Positions 9,388 through 19,957 of a stretch of 64,000 nt of DNA are shown here, piece by piece. A program made the position numbers and the translations under genes. Origin of the DNA: Terriglobia bacterium. GTDB taxonomy: Bacteria > Acidobacteriota > UBA6911. The notes beneath the pieces are model-generated. The model did not search any database and had not been told where the DNA came from. It saw only the letters and a program-made list of their open reading frames with translations. Each line of letters opens with the position of its first letter. The first letter of the stretch is position 1. The stretch lies in NCBI GenBank assembly GCA_963739235.1, contig CAVTZY010000033.1, positions 157,153-221,152 on the forward strand, written 5' to 3'.

Positions 9388-10041
9388 TCAGTAGGACCGG
9401 GCAAGGGGATATTTTTTCTCCCCTGCGGTGATGAGTACAGCAAGTTTGTTCTCATCCGGTGGTGTCGGGCAACTGAAGTCGCCGCCATACGCGCAAAACG
9501 GGTTGTAGGCCCGATTAAAATCGAGGTCGTAGATCCCGGAGGTGTTTTCCGGGAGATCCAGGTAGCGCCCAGCGCCATAGGTTTCCTTCCCGGTGGTGGC
9601 ATCGCGGAATGGGATAAACAGGTAAGCATGGCCCGGACTCTCGTTTTCATCCATGCGATACGCCTGCAGGCGGCAAGTCTGTCCCCCAACGGTGAACTCG
9701 AAGTAGCCGTATCTCAAGCCTTCTCGCACTTCGCCGGTATTGGTCGCCATTCTGATCCGCGCGGGGACGGGGTGGCGGTTGAGTTTCAAGCGGAAGCGCA
9801 AAGCGGCATTGATCGGAAAGTAGTCCAGCCCCTGGAAACGAGCCTTGTCTTCCGCCGGTAGGGGAGACTCCGGACCCGACTTGAACGCCCGATCCCGATC
9901 CTTCCTGGCCTGGAGCACCGGATCGCCGGCCCCGTCCCCGACCGATCGCTCGCGAGTGCAGGCTCCGAAAAGAAAGGCCGAAGCCAGCAGGCCAAAGGGC
10001 AACGCCCAGCACAGGGCACCGGATATCCTGATCTTGCTCAT
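9388..10041 (-). CDS. DUF1684 domain lipoprotein
   Basis: The product contains ...LDYFPINAALRFRLKL..., ...YLFIPFRDATTGKETYGAGRYLDL... and ...FNRAYNPFCAY... The N-terminus MSKIRISGALCWALPFGLLASAFLFGAC looks like a lipoprotein signal. The start is taken at ATG 10041 rather than the ORF-track 10194. Confidence 0.8.
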   Translation of the reverse strand: MSKIRISGALCWALPFGLLASAFLFGACTRERSVGDGAGDPVLQARKDRDRAFKSGPESPLPAEDKARFQGLDYFPINAALRFRLKLNRHPVPARIRMATNTGEVREGLRYGYFEFTVGGQTCRLQAYRMDENESPGHAYLFIPFRDATTGKETYGAGRYLDLPENTSGIYDLDFNRAYNPFCAYGGDFSCPTPPDENKLAVLITAGEKKYPLARSY

Positions 10042-10635
10042 ATGCGCGATTATACGGGTTCCAAGCCGAATGTTGAAGGCCTGTAAGTGTGCCGATTGCG
10101 TCTGTCCGGCGCCGAAAAAAATCGTGGCGAAGCTTGAATTCGTGCAGATTAAGGCAACTTTTTTCCCCTGTTTTCCGTCTAATAAAGTACCCATTCAAAA
10201 ACCTCCTTCGTGAGCGGCGGAGCGGGACAACGCCTACCCGTTCCGCCGCTTTCCTTTTGTGGTCACTGCAGGACGAGCCCTTTTTGGCATGAGTTTCTCG
10301 GCCCTTTTGTACTGCCAAGCCTTGGGCTCTTTGACCAGCATTCGCCTCACCTCAGGTACCGGCAACGCGAGGGTTTGGATTTACGGCACGCCCCGAATGC
10401 AGCTTGTTCTCAAAAGCTCCTACGTGATAACGTAGTCAAGCATTTATCGCAGCCTGAAGGCGCCGCAGGATGGCTGCGGAATCGGGAAGAAGTAAATTGA
10501 ATTGGTGCAAATATTAAGGTAAACGCGCCTTTTTACCGATCTACCCTTGAGTAAAGAACTCGAATTCGACATCCATATGAGATTTTCCTTTTGGGAAAGT
10601 CTGGGTTCGATTTGTTAAACGATTAGGAGTGACCC

Positions 10636-12126
10636 ATGCCCTCCGGTCAGGATTACGCCAGCCGGCTCCGGGAGGAGACTCGTCAGACGTTGGCCACGCA
10701 CATTCGCGGATTGGAAGAGGAATTGCGAAGCTTCCAAGAAAATCTCTCCGCTTCTCTGGCTCCGATTGCCCGGCGGTTGGGATCGATCTTTGACATCGAA
10801 ATCCCAGCCGTGGAAGGTATCGTTGCGGAGGCGGTTGCAGAAGAAGCCCGTGAAGGCGCGCGCCGGCACACTGGCGATATGCTGTGTCTCGCCCGCTTTG
10901 CCTATAATATCCGGCGCAAGGAGACTCAGGATGAAATCCTGAATTCGCTGCTCGATGGAGCGCACCGCTATGCGCCCAGATTGGCTTTGTTCGTCACGCG
11001 CGGGAACCAGTTCATCGGATGGTCATCGCGCGGATTCGAGGGTGAAACGGCACAAAAAATCGGCAACGGCACTCTGGTACTCACAGAGTGTCCGCTGCTG
11101 CGCCGCGCCCTCGAGGTGGATGGACTGTCTACTGCCAACGACCTCGCGCAGGAACCCGTTCTCTCGCAGATGTTCCACAAGGGGGTGGAGGGACCTCTGC
11201 ATGCTTTCCCCATGAAGGCGATTGGACGCCCGGTCGCAGTGCTGCTGGCCTCCCCGGCAGAAGGGCACAGCTGCGATCTGGAATCGCTCTGCATCCTAAT
11301 GGATCTGACCGGCCTATGCGTTGAGAACCTTGCTCTTAAGATTTTGCATGAACTGAAGATGGCAAGTCCTGCAGCTCCTGCGCCGATTGCTCGACCCGCC
11401 GCCCCGGAGCCGGCCGCCGCGACAGTTTTCGCCGCCGCGGTAAGCCTATCCGGCAGTGCCGCGGCCGAATCGTCCGCCCCGAGCATGGCTGAAGCTCCGG
11501 CTCCTAGGGTGGCACCGGCCGAGACCACTCATGAGACTGCCGCAATGGCAACGCCGCTGCCGCAGACCTCTGAGGCACCCGAGGCAGCAGAAAGTGTGGA
11601 ACCTCAGGGAGGGATGGCAGCTACAGCTGAGCTCGCCGTCGCCGATCAGGAACCCGCCGAACAGCCTGTGCCCCTCCCTGGCTCAATCGAGTCTACGGCC
11701 GAGGAGCAGGGGGCTGCCACTCCCATCGGGGAATCCGCACATGCAGTTGCCGAGCATGTGGCCGTGGATGGCCTTGCTCCCTCCCCGGAACCGCATGAGC
11801 CGACGCGGACTTCGGTGCTGAGGGAAGTTCAGCCCTTGACCGAAGAAGAAAAGCTGCACGCAGACGCAAAACGATTTGCGCGGCTGCTGGCATCTGAGAT
11901 AAAACTATACAATGAGCAGCGCGTCCGGGAGGGACGCGCCAACAGAGATTTATACGTAAGGCTCAAGCGAGATATCGATCGTAGCCGGGATATGTACGAA
12001 AAGCGCATTTCGCCCACGGTCTCCCGCAAGGTCGACTATTTTCACGATGAGATCATTCGAGTTCTCGGGGACAACGACCCTTCGACACTCGGGAGCGACT
12101 ATCCGGGACCTCGCGTCGAAAGCTAG
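10636..12126 (+). CDS. Hypothetical protein: GAF-like N-domain, ~170-aa Ala/Pro/Glu-rich linker, conserved helical C-domain
   Basis: This is a 496-aa ORF with a GGAG Shine-Dalgarno 8 nt upstream. The C-terminus reads AKRFARLLASEIKLYNEQRVREGRANRDLYVRLKRDIDRSRDMYEKRI, which resembles a conserved module I recall from Myxococcota/Acidobacteria proteins of unknown function. Confidence 0.75.
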   Translation: MPSGQDYASRLREETRQTLATHIRGLEEELRSFQENLSASLAPIARRLGSIFDIEIPAVEGIVAEAVAEEAREGARRHTGDMLCLARFAYNIRRKETQDEILNSLLDGAHRYAPRLALFVTRGNQFIGWSSRGFEGETAQKIGNGTLVLTECPLLRRALEVDGLSTANDLAQEPVLSQMFHKGVEGPLHAFPMKAIGRPVAVLLASPAEGHSCDLESLCILMDLTGLCVENLALKILHELKMASPAAPAPIARPAAPEPAAATVFAAAVSLSGSAAAESSAPSMAEAPAPRVAPAETTHETAAMATPLPQTSEAPEAAESVEPQGGMAATAELAVADQEPAEQPVPLPGSIESTAEEQGAATPIGESAHAVAEHVAVDGLAPSPEPHEPTRTSVLREVQPLTEEEKLHADAKRFARLLASEIKLYNEQRVREGRANRDLYVRLKRDIDRSRDMYEKRISPTVSRKVDYFHDEIIRVLGDNDPSTLGSDYPGPRVES

Positions 12127-12204
12127 GCGGACTTGCAGCAGCTTCAGCTAGAATCCGTGCCGATCCGCCCAGGATCGCCGAAAAACTCCGGTATCCGCCG
12201 ATCT

Positions 12205-14361
12205 ATGGCGTTTGCCGCAGCTTCTCTCTTCCTCACGCTGGGAATCGCTGTGGATGCCCCTCCCGAAGCATCCTCTCAGCTTTCCGGTGCTCTTGATCCT
12301 CTCAGCTATAAATATCCCGCGCCGCTGCAGGCGACGCTGGCATCCTTTGGCAAAGCAGTATCAGAACTTGCCGGTGGCCGTTTTGCGGCAGCTTTGGCCT
12401 CCCTGCCCACCGACTCTGCTGCTGCAGCCACTGTAATACCCGATTACATCATGCTTTACCGAGCCAAGGCCTACCAGGATTCAGGGAGGTTGAAGGAGGC
12501 TCTCGACCTCCTCCGCACCTTTCAGGGCCTCTATCCGGACTCTCCCGTTTTCACGCAGTCGGTCCTGCACAAATCGCTATTACTGCTGACCCTCCACGAT
12601 CCCGTTACCGCGCTGTCGGCTCTGGACGGCCCGCAGATCAAGGATAATGCCGAGGTCTTGTACCTGCGTGGTCAGGTATTGGAGGCGGGGGAAAAGCTCG
12701 AGGCGATTCGATGCTATCTGCAGGTGTATGCGGACTATGTCGGCTCGGACATATCCGATTTGGTGGGAGGCCGTCTGCGTGCGCTATCCCCGGTTTTCGT
12801 GACCAAGTCTGAATACCGGGAAACGGTAATGCGGCGGTGCGAAAATCTGATACGCGCCGGCAGAAGCGCAGAGGCCAGAACACTGCTCCTGAAGCTCGAA
12901 GGCGTCCCCCTGCCCGGGTCCAGTACAGAAAGAATATATCTTCTCCTGGCCGACGCGGATACCAACTTGGCGCGCTCGACGGAAGCTCTACAGTACCTGC
13001 GCCGCGTCAAAGATCCTGCCCTGGCCGCACAGGTCAACTATCTCAAGGGCGTTTGCTTTCGAGGCCTCGGGAACGAAACGGCGTTCCTCGAGTCGCGGGA
13101 CCGGGCGCTGCAACAGTTCGCTCAATCCCAGTTCACGGAAAAGCTCCTGTATTCCGTCGCTACCTATTACGATGTCTTGAATCGCGAGGAAACTGCGCGC
13201 ACGGCTTACCAGGCACTCGCTAATGCTTTTCCCAAGGGGGAATACGCGGAGCGCTCGCTGTGGCGGGCATCCACGTTTCTTTATGCGGATGGGCACTACG
13301 AAGATGCCTTGAGCGGATTCTGGCAATGCCTCCTGGCTAACCCCACCCTCGGTTCGGTAAGCGCACCGGCATACTGGATGGGCCGCTGCTACGAACGCCT
13401 CGGCCACCCCGACGAGGCGGCCGCCTTGTATCGCCATATCCAAACCCTTGCCAACAGTAGTTATTATGGACAGCGCGCACAGGAGGCGCTGGCGGTCCTG
13501 AAATCCCCCGACTCGCCCGCTCAGGGCAGACCCGCCGCAATTGACCTTGCCCAGGTGATCCAAAAGTTGGACTCCCTCCGGCCGGTCCCGGCGACTATCC
13601 CGCAGCCTACCCCTGGGGTAGCGCGGACCATCGAACGCGCCCGCCAACTTATCTCAGCCGGTCTGATTGACCTGGCGCTGGCCGAATTTCAACACGAAAG
13701 CGCTGCCTACGGCAGCAACAACAAGGCGTTGTGCTATGCTACGGCGCGTGTCTATTTGAGCGAAGCCGATTTTCTCAACGCCATCATCGCCCTGCGCCGG
13801 GCCTTCCCGGACTATAACAATCTGCCTCCCTCCTATCTGCCTGAAGAAATCTGGAGCCTGTTTTTTCCCGTGCGCCACCTCGAGTTCGTCACCAAGAATG
13901 CGGCTCGAAATCATGTGGATCCGAACCTGATTCTCGCCGTGATCCGACAGGAATCCGCTTTCAATGAGTCCGCCCGGTCCAAAGCCAACGCCCGTGGCCT
14001 GATGCAGGTGCTCCCATCTACGGGCCGATTGCTGGCGAGACAGGCGGGCATACCGCAGTACACCGCCGCAAAACTCCATGAACCTGAAACCAATATCGCT
14101 CTGGGGACACGCTATTTGGCGGAGTGCCTGCAGAGATACGGCGGCAGGGTAGAATTGGCCCTGGCAGCGTATAATGCAGGCGACAATCGGGTCGACCATT
14201 GGTTGCAGGAGTTTGGCAACGTAGATATGGTGGAGTTCGTCGAACGAATCCCTTTCAGCGAAACGCGAGGGTACGTAAAGATGGTCATGAGCAACCGGAC
14301 CCACTATCAACTGCGGACAGCTCCAGCCTCCGGGCCGGCAAGCAGCCATCGCAAAGAGTAA
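12205..14361 (+). CDS. Soluble lytic murein transglycosylase (Slt70-like: TPR/superhelical domain plus SLT catalytic domain)
   Basis: The catalytic block is AVIRQESAFNESARSKANARGLMQVLPSTG...AAYNAGDNRVDHW. The N-terminal signal is MAFAAASLFLTLGIAV. The ORF opens at TTG 12133. Confidence 0.85.
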   Translation: MAFAAASLFLTLGIAVDAPPEASSQLSGALDPLSYKYPAPLQATLASFGKAVSELAGGRFAAALASLPTDSAAAATVIPDYIMLYRAKAYQDSGRLKEALDLLRTFQGLYPDSPVFTQSVLHKSLLLLTLHDPVTALSALDGPQIKDNAEVLYLRGQVLEAGEKLEAIRCYLQVYADYVGSDISDLVGGRLRALSPVFVTKSEYRETVMRRCENLIRAGRSAEARTLLLKLEGVPLPGSSTERIYLLLADADTNLARSTEALQYLRRVKDPALAAQVNYLKGVCFRGLGNETAFLESRDRALQQFAQSQFTEKLLYSVATYYDVLNREETARTAYQALANAFPKGEYAERSLWRASTFLYADGHYEDALSGFWQCLLANPTLGSVSAPAYWMGRCYERLGHPDEAAALYRHIQTLANSSYYGQRAQEALAVLKSPDSPAQGRPAAIDLAQVIQKLDSLRPVPATIPQPTPGVARTIERARQLISAGLIDLALAEFQHESAAYGSNNKALCYATARVYLSEADFLNAIIALRRAFPDYNNLPPSYLPEEIWSLFFPVRHLEFVTKNAARNHVDPNLILAVIRQESAFNESARSKANARGLMQVLPSTGRLLARQAGIPQYTAAKLHEPETNIALGTRYLAECLQRYGGRVELALAAYNAGDNRVDHWLQEFGNVDMVEFVERIPFSETRGYVKMVMSNRTHYQLRTAPASGPASSHRKE

Positions 14362-14411
14362 AGTCAGCCCATTCGTCGCAGATTAAACATATCGGGCTGG
14401 GATCCACCATA

Positions 14412-15026
14412 GTGTGGCGAAAAGAAAACACAGCAGAAGATCTGGATCTGGTGCGCCGTTGCCAAAGCGGGGATGATACCGCTTTCGAAGAATTGGTTCG
14501 CAAATACCAGCAGACCCTGTTCAACGTCATTCACCACAACATGGGACGCCGCAACGACGTGGAGGACATCGCCCAGAAAATCTTTTCCAAGCTATATTTC
14601 TCACTGCGCAAGTTCGACGCTAACCGCCCCTTCTTCCCCTGGGTTTACCGCATTGCCATCAATCAGTGTTACGACGAGCTGAGGCGTACCCGGCGGCGCC
14701 GTTCCATCACCTTCTCCGAACTCAACCTGGAGGAAACAGAGAATATCGAAAACCTCCTCAAGCAAGACGAGGTTCAGGAAACCTCAGCCGAAGAGCGCAA
14801 GGAACTGCACGAGTTGCTCTACAAGATGCTGGATCGGCTGCCGGAGAAACAGCGAAAGGCTCTCGTGCTTCGGGATTTGGAAGACGTCCCCTACGATCAG
14901 ATGGCCCAGCTGCTTCAATGCACCGAGCAGGCCGCACGGCTAAAGGTTTTCAGGGCCAGAAACCGGCTGCGGGACTTGGTGGTGAAGGCGATGCGCAGGC
15001 GGGAACGTGGCTCGATCCGGCGCTAG
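14412..15026 (+). CDS. ECF-type RNA polymerase sigma-70 family factor
   Basis: Region 2 reads FEELVRKYQQTLFNVIHHNMG...DIAQKIFSKLY...FFPWVYRIAINQCYDELRR. Region 4 reads LPEKQRKALVLRDLEDVPYDQMAQLLQCTEQAARLKVFRARNRL. GTG 14412 is chosen as the start. The ORF-track 14199 start overlaps the slt 3' end. Confidence 0.85.
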   Translation: MWRKENTAEDLDLVRRCQSGDDTAFEELVRKYQQTLFNVIHHNMGRRNDVEDIAQKIFSKLYFSLRKFDANRPFFPWVYRIAINQCYDELRRTRRRRSITFSELNLEETENIENLLKQDEVQETSAEERKELHELLYKMLDRLPEKQRKALVLRDLEDVPYDQMAQLLQCTEQAARLKVFRARNRLRDLVVKAMRRRERGSIRR

Positions 15027-15305
15027 GAGCCCGTCCGAGAATTAGGAGGGGCCGCGTTCCGAGCGCCGCGGGGGCAGATGCAAGGCGGCGCGACGCAGGC
15101 GATGTCGCTGCACATCGTCGAGGAGCGCCAACGCCGCAGATGCCCCCGCGCCGCCGGAACCCGAAGGGCGCATGGGGATTGCGGGGCGATCTCCGCGTTG
15201 CTCGTCGTCAACGATGTGCAGAGACATCGCCTCCTCCTCGCGCCTTGAGCTCGCCCCGCAAGCCCCATGCGCGCGACCCCTCCTAATTCTCGGACGGGCT
15301 CCTAG
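15023..15305. mobile_element. MITE-like 283-bp palindromic element with 29-bp perfect terminal inverted repeats and CTAG termini
   Basis: The left TIR ctaggagcccgtccgagaattaggagggg (15023-15051) is the exact reverse complement of 15277-15305. The interior is an imperfect long palindrome, for example gcgatgtcgctgcacatcgtcgag against its partner gtcaacgatgtgcagagacatcgc. No ORF is credible. Confidence 0.7.
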
Positions 15306-15422
15306 ACTCCGCCTGAGCTTCATATCACAGACCGGGTTTGACATTGGCAAGGCCTCGTACTGCTGACCTGTTAAATGGATCTGCGTTCATCTGCGGTTTT
15401 GTTTTTCAGAGGAACAAGGGCG

Positions 15423-16004
15423 CTATGGGTAGCTTGGCAGTTCGTGTTGCCTGATCTCGGCGAGTATTCGGTGGGCGAGTTCATCGATGCTCAGGCTGCC
15501 AACCGGCACGCGCACCTGAGCCTCTGCATAGGAGGGGAGGCGGCGCTCCAACAGCTTTGTCATTTCATCCATCCCTGCAAAAAGTGGCCGCAAGGCTGGA
15601 CAAGCGCTGCAGCGAGCAAACAACAGCTCAATGGGAGTATCCAGCCAGATGCTGATTCCGGTGCGGGTTATGATTTCCTGATTTTCCACGCTGCAGAAGG
15701 CTCCTCCCCCAACCGCCACCACCGTTCTGCTTCCCTGGCTCGCACGCCCGAGCTCCTGGCGCTCGAGGGAGCGAAACTGTTCTTCTCCCCATAGCCTGAA
15801 TATCTTCGGGATGGGCTTCCCTTCCCGCTTCTCTATTTCCTCATCGAGATCGAGGAAGATCCAACCGAGCAATTCTGCCAGGCGGCGCCCGACGGACGAC
15901 TTCCCTGAACCCATAAAGCCCACGAGGTAGAGATTGGAGCGTCTGGTATCGGCCTCCGACTTTTCGGAACGCGCACTCTTGTTCCCAGCACTCTTGGGTC
16001 CCAT
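15423..16004 (-). CDS. aroK: Shikimate kinase
   Basis: The P-loop is LVGFMGSGKSSVGRRLA, followed by DLDEEIEKREGKPIPKIF..GEEQFR.LE. It sits next to aroA. Confidence 0.9.
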   Translation of the reverse strand: MGPKSAGNKSARSEKSEADTRRSNLYLVGFMGSGKSSVGRRLAELLGWIFLDLDEEIEKREGKPIPKIFRLWGEEQFRSLERQELGRASQGSRTVVAVGGGAFCSVENQEIITRTGISIWLDTPIELLFARCSACPALRPLFAGMDEMTKLLERRLPSYAEAQVRVPVGSLSIDELAHRILAEIRQHELPSYP

Positions 16005-16016
16005 TTTAGTTCCCCA

Positions 16017-17351
16017 CTATTCCGTGTTTTTCGGCCGGGGGTCGGAGGCCGGGAGGCGGAGGTCGGCCCGAGCCAGTTCGAGAGCATCATAGAATCCCGG
16101 GAAGCTCACATCCGCGCACTCGGCCCGATGAATCCTGGTCACACCGGAGGCTGCCAATCCGGCGACTGCGAATGCCATGGCAATGCGGTGATCGCCATGG
16201 GTTTCGATCTCCGTGCCCCGCAGCCTCTGGTGGCCCGCGACCGTAAGCCCGTCCAGATGCTCTTCAACTTCCGCGCCCATAGCGCGCAGGTTGGCGGCAA
16301 CCGTCGCGATCCGGTCGCTTTCCTTTATGCGCAATTCCTGGGCATCGTGGATTTCAAGGCCGCCGGCCTGGGATCCGAGTATTGCCAACGCGGGGATCTC
16401 ATCAATGAGAGCAGCGGTCAGCTCCGCCCGGATCGGCGGCAGCTTTGCCCCCAAAAACGCCGGATCATAAGAGGCTACCAGGTCTCCGCGTGCCTCGCCG
16501 GCGATTTCCGATTCGTTTTCGACGGAAATGTGGACGCCGGCCCGATCGAAATAGTCGATCAGCGCACGGCGGCGCGGATTCAATCCGACTTGAGGCAGCC
16601 GCAGCTCCGAGCCGGGCACAAGCGCGGCAGCCGCAATAAAAAACGCTGCGCCGGAAAGGTCCCCGGGGATGTCCACCCGGCATCCGAGCAATGCCGGCTC
16701 AGGCTCGACTTCAATCCAGTTTTCGCGCTGTCGCACAGCACCGCCGAACTGCCTCAGCGCGATCTCGGTATGATCGCGAGTGGCTACCTTTTCCTCGACC
16801 GCTGTGATGTCGTCGGCGTATAGACCCGCCAGCAGGATACATGATTTCACCTGGGCGCTGGCTACAGGGAGTGAGTAGCGGATTGCTCTCAGCTGTCCGC
16901 CGCGGATGGTAAGCGGGGGAAATCCGCCCTCACGGGCACCGATGCGCGCGCCCATGAGACTGAGGGGTTCGATGATCCGCCCCATGGGGCGCCGGGAGAG
17001 CGACTCGTCCCCGGCGAGGAAGGACTCGAAAGGCTGGCCGGCAAGAATGCCGGCCAACAGCCGAAGGGTTGTGCCGGAGTTGCCGGCATCCAACTGGGCG
17101 GCAGGCGGTTTCAGGCCACGCAGCCCATTGCCGGATATAATCACCGCGTCATTCTCTCTGCGGATTTGTGCACCCAGGCAGCGCAGGCAGCGTAAGGTGC
17201 TCTGACAATCCTCGCTGCCGGCAAAATTCCGCAGCTCGGATCTTCCCACAGCGATCGCGGCCAGCATCGCATACCGGTGCGACATCGATTTGTCACCCGG
17301 ACATTGGATAATGCCGCGCAATGGCGCACCCGGCTGAATGGTGTAGATCAT
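16017..17351 (-). CDS. aroA: 3-phosphoshikimate 1-carboxyvinyltransferase (EPSP synthase)
   Basis: The product starts [36 protein letters not shown] and also contains [19 protein letters not shown] and [15 protein letters not shown]. The ATG at 17351 overlaps the uvrB TGA (ATGA). The 998-aa track ORF is an artefactual read-through from uvrB. Confidence 0.9.
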   Translation of the reverse strand: MIYTIQPGAPLRGIIQCPGDKSMSHRYAMLAAIAVGRSELRNFAGSEDCQSTLRCLRCLGAQIRRENDAVIISGNGLRGLKPPAAQLDAGNSGTTLRLLAGILAGQPFESFLAGDESLSRRPMGRIIEPLSLMGARIGAREGGFPPLTIRGGQLRAIRYSLPVASAQVKSCILLAGLYADDITAVEEKVATRDHTEIALRQFGGAVRQRENWIEVEPEPALLGCRVDIPGDLSGAAFFIAAAALVPGSELRLPQVGLNPRRRALIDYFDRAGVHISVENESEIAGEARGDLVASYDPAFLGAKLPPIRAELTAALIDEIPALAILGSQAGGLEIHDAQELRIKESDRIATVAANLRAMGAEVEEHLDGLTVAGHQRLRGTEIETHGDHRIAMAFAVAGLAASGVTRIHRAECADVSFPGFYDALELARADLRLPASDPRPKNTE

Positions 17352-19436
17352 GATGTGGATCCAGGGGTAAGGAATTCCATCTCCATTTTCTTGAGTTTCT
17401 TGACCTGATCGCGCAGGGCTGCAGCTTTTTCGAACTCGAACTGCCGCGCAGCCTCGCGCATTTCCTTCTCGAGGCGTTGGATTTCCGCCTCCAAGCTCGG
17501 CGGGCGAAGCGTATCCGCCAGCTGCTTCCGCCACGGCCGGCACTTCGTAATAATCGCCCTCGTAAATGCGGATCATCTCGTGATCAAGCGGCTTGATCAC
17601 GGATTGAGGAACGATCTGGTTCTCCTCGTTGTAGCGCTTCTGTGCCGCGCGCCGGCGGTTGGTTTCTTCGATGGCCGCCTGCATCGAGCCGGTGACCGTA
17701 TCGGCATACAGGATTGCCTTGCCGTTGATGTGCCGCGCCGCCCGCCCCATCGTCTGGATCAGAGAGGTCGTCGAACGGAGAAACCCTTCCTTGTCGGCAT
17801 CGAGAATGGCAACCAGCGAGACCTCGGGGAGATCCAGGCCTTCGCGCAACAGGTTGATCCCGATCAGAGCGTCGAATTCGCCCGCGCGCAGCGCGCCCAG
17901 GATCTGGACCCGCTCCAGCGTCTCGATCTCGGAATGGAGGTAGCGGACCCGCAAGCCGAGCTCCGTATAATAGTCCGCCAGATCTTCAGCCATGCGCTTG
18001 GTCAGCGTAGTGACCAGCACTCTTTCGTTGCGCTCGGCGCGCGCCCGGATCTCCTCCATCAAGTTGTCGACCTGCCCCGCAACCGGCCGGATTTCGACCT
18101 CGGGATCCGTAAGCCCGGTCGGGCGGACAATCTGCTCCACAAAGACACCGCCGGATTTGGTCAGTTCATAGGGTCCGGGCGTCGCGGAAACATAGATCAC
18201 CTGATTGACCCGTCCTTCGAACTCCTTGAAGCTCAGCGGCCGGTTGTCCAGCGCCGACGGCAGCCGGAAGCCGTACTTGACCAGGTTCTCCTTGCGCGAC
18301 CGATCCCCGAAGTACATGCCGCGCACCTGTGGCATCGTCGCATGGGATTCGTCGACAAAGAGAATCCAGTCGCGGGGCATGTAATCAAGCAAGGTAGGAG
18401 GCGGCTCGCCGGGCGTGCGGCCGGTGAGGTGGCGAGAGTAGTTCTCAATGCCGCGGCAATAGCCCAGCTCCTTCATCATTTCGAGGTCGAACAAGGTGCG
18501 CTGCTGGACTCTATGGGCTTCCAGTTCCTTCCCTTCCTGCATCAGCTGTGTGTGCCACTGCTCGAGTTCTTCCTTGATGGTTCCGATGGCGCGCAAGAGC
18601 TGATCGCGAGGCTGCACGTAATGCGATTTGGGATAGATAGGCATTCGCTCGTGCTTTTTCAGCGTGCGCCCCGTAACCGGATCGATCTGTGCGATCGAGT
18701 CGATTTCGTCCCCGAACATCTCGATCCGAATCGCATACTCCTCGTAGGTAGGGAATACCTCCACGACATCGCCGCGCGCCCGGAAATGGCCCGCGCTCCA
18801 ACTCAAAATCCTGGCGCGTAAACTGCATCTCGACCAGCCGGCGCAGGATCTCGTCCCTCTTGATGCGCTGCCCTTTCTCGAGAAAGAGGAGCATGCCGTA
18901 GTAGGCTTCCGGCGATCCCAGCCCGTAGATGCAGGAAACACTGGCAACAATGATGCAATCGCGGCGCTCGAACAGGGACCGCGTGGCCGAGTGGCGCAGC
19001 TGATCGATTTCATCGTTGATCAGGGCGTCCTTTTCGATATAAGTGTCCGTCGCCGCGATGTAGGCTTCGGGCTGGTAGTAATCGTAGTAGGAGACAAAGT
19101 ATTCGACTGCGTTGTTCGGGAAAAAAGGATTTGAATTCCCGGTACAGCTGAGCTGCCAGCGTCTTGTTGTGAGCGAGGACCAAGAGTCGGGCGCTGCAGA
19201 GCTTCGATGACCTTCGCCATGGTAAAGGTCTTGCCGGAACCGGTGACCCCAAGCAGCACCTGGTGCTTTTCCCCGTCCTCGAGACCATGCACCAGCTTTT
19301 CAATCGCCGCAGCCTGATCTCCGCGAGGCACAAATCCGGTGCTGATCTCGAATTTCGAGGAGTGGATCAGAGCCCTGCCGTACGTTATGTTCCCGTAGGA
19401 GAACTCGTCGCCGATCTGTGCAAACTTTTTAGTCAT
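17348..19436 (-). CDS. uvrB: Excinuclease ABC subunit B, frame broken four times
   Basis: The N-terminus reads [38 protein letters not shown]. Later blocks are [38 protein letters not shown], and helicase motifs through to the UVR domain [31 protein letters not shown]. Successive pieces lie in frames shifted by one base at about 19180, 19115, 18790 and 17491. The length is 2089 = 3x695+4. Confidence 0.9.
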
Positions 19437-19732
19437 ACGATTTGGCCTAAAATTTAAGTATAGCGCATAACTTGCGAGATGTACGCGGCCGAACTGGACC
19501 GCGGAACTCTTCGAGCTTTCCTTCGCCGAGCGGCTTGACTGTTGATCAGGTTGCCGATCTGCTATAGCCTATGGCTACCCTGAATCGAACATGCCCAGAC
19601 ACCCCCTGAGCATTCAGGAAAGGATGGAGATTCTCATTTCACAAGGACCGTGAACAAAACCGCTCCGCGAATCATCTAAGTCGGGGAAGACGATCCCATG
19701 CTTATTCACCCTGTTGAGTTCCGAGGGCCTCA

Positions 19733-19957
19733 ATGCCCATACGCGGTCGGCAAGTGATTTGCGCCAACTTATGGTGGTTTGCATTGGCCTCTCTGTTATC
19801 GGGCTCCCCTCAAGCCCCGAGTTCTCTTTCCGGGCAGGCTCCTACCCAAACAGGGCATCAAATCCGCGTCAATGTGGCGCTGGTGCAGACCGATGTCATG
19901 GTCTTTGACCGCGAAAACCGGTTTGTTAGCAACTTGAAATCACCACCAAGGATCTAA
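19733..19957 (+). pseudogene. Remnant (N-terminal ~70 aa) of a VWFA-related acidobacterial-type secreted protein
   Basis: A signal peptide is followed by HQIRVNVALVQTDVMVFDRENRFVSNLK. This matches the characteristic start of TIGR03436-family proteins (..V.V.LV.V.V.V.D..GR.V.GL..). The ORF stops after 74 aa and no VWA domain follows. Confidence 0.5.

Noticed and set aside
10218-10262. The plus-strand hairpin agcggcgga-N20-tccgccgct followed by ttccttttg, considered as a terminator of an unannotated transcript.
   Set aside because: The loop is long (20 nt) and no upstream plus-strand gene or promoter is evident. It may belong to the DUF1684 promoter region. It is too weak to annotate.
16017-19013. 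A 998-aa ORF suggesting a natural UvrB-AroA fusion protein.
   Set aside because: The UvrB UVR-domain tail and a TGA overlapping the aroA ATG are present in the adjacent frame. One inserted base near 17491 creates the read-through.
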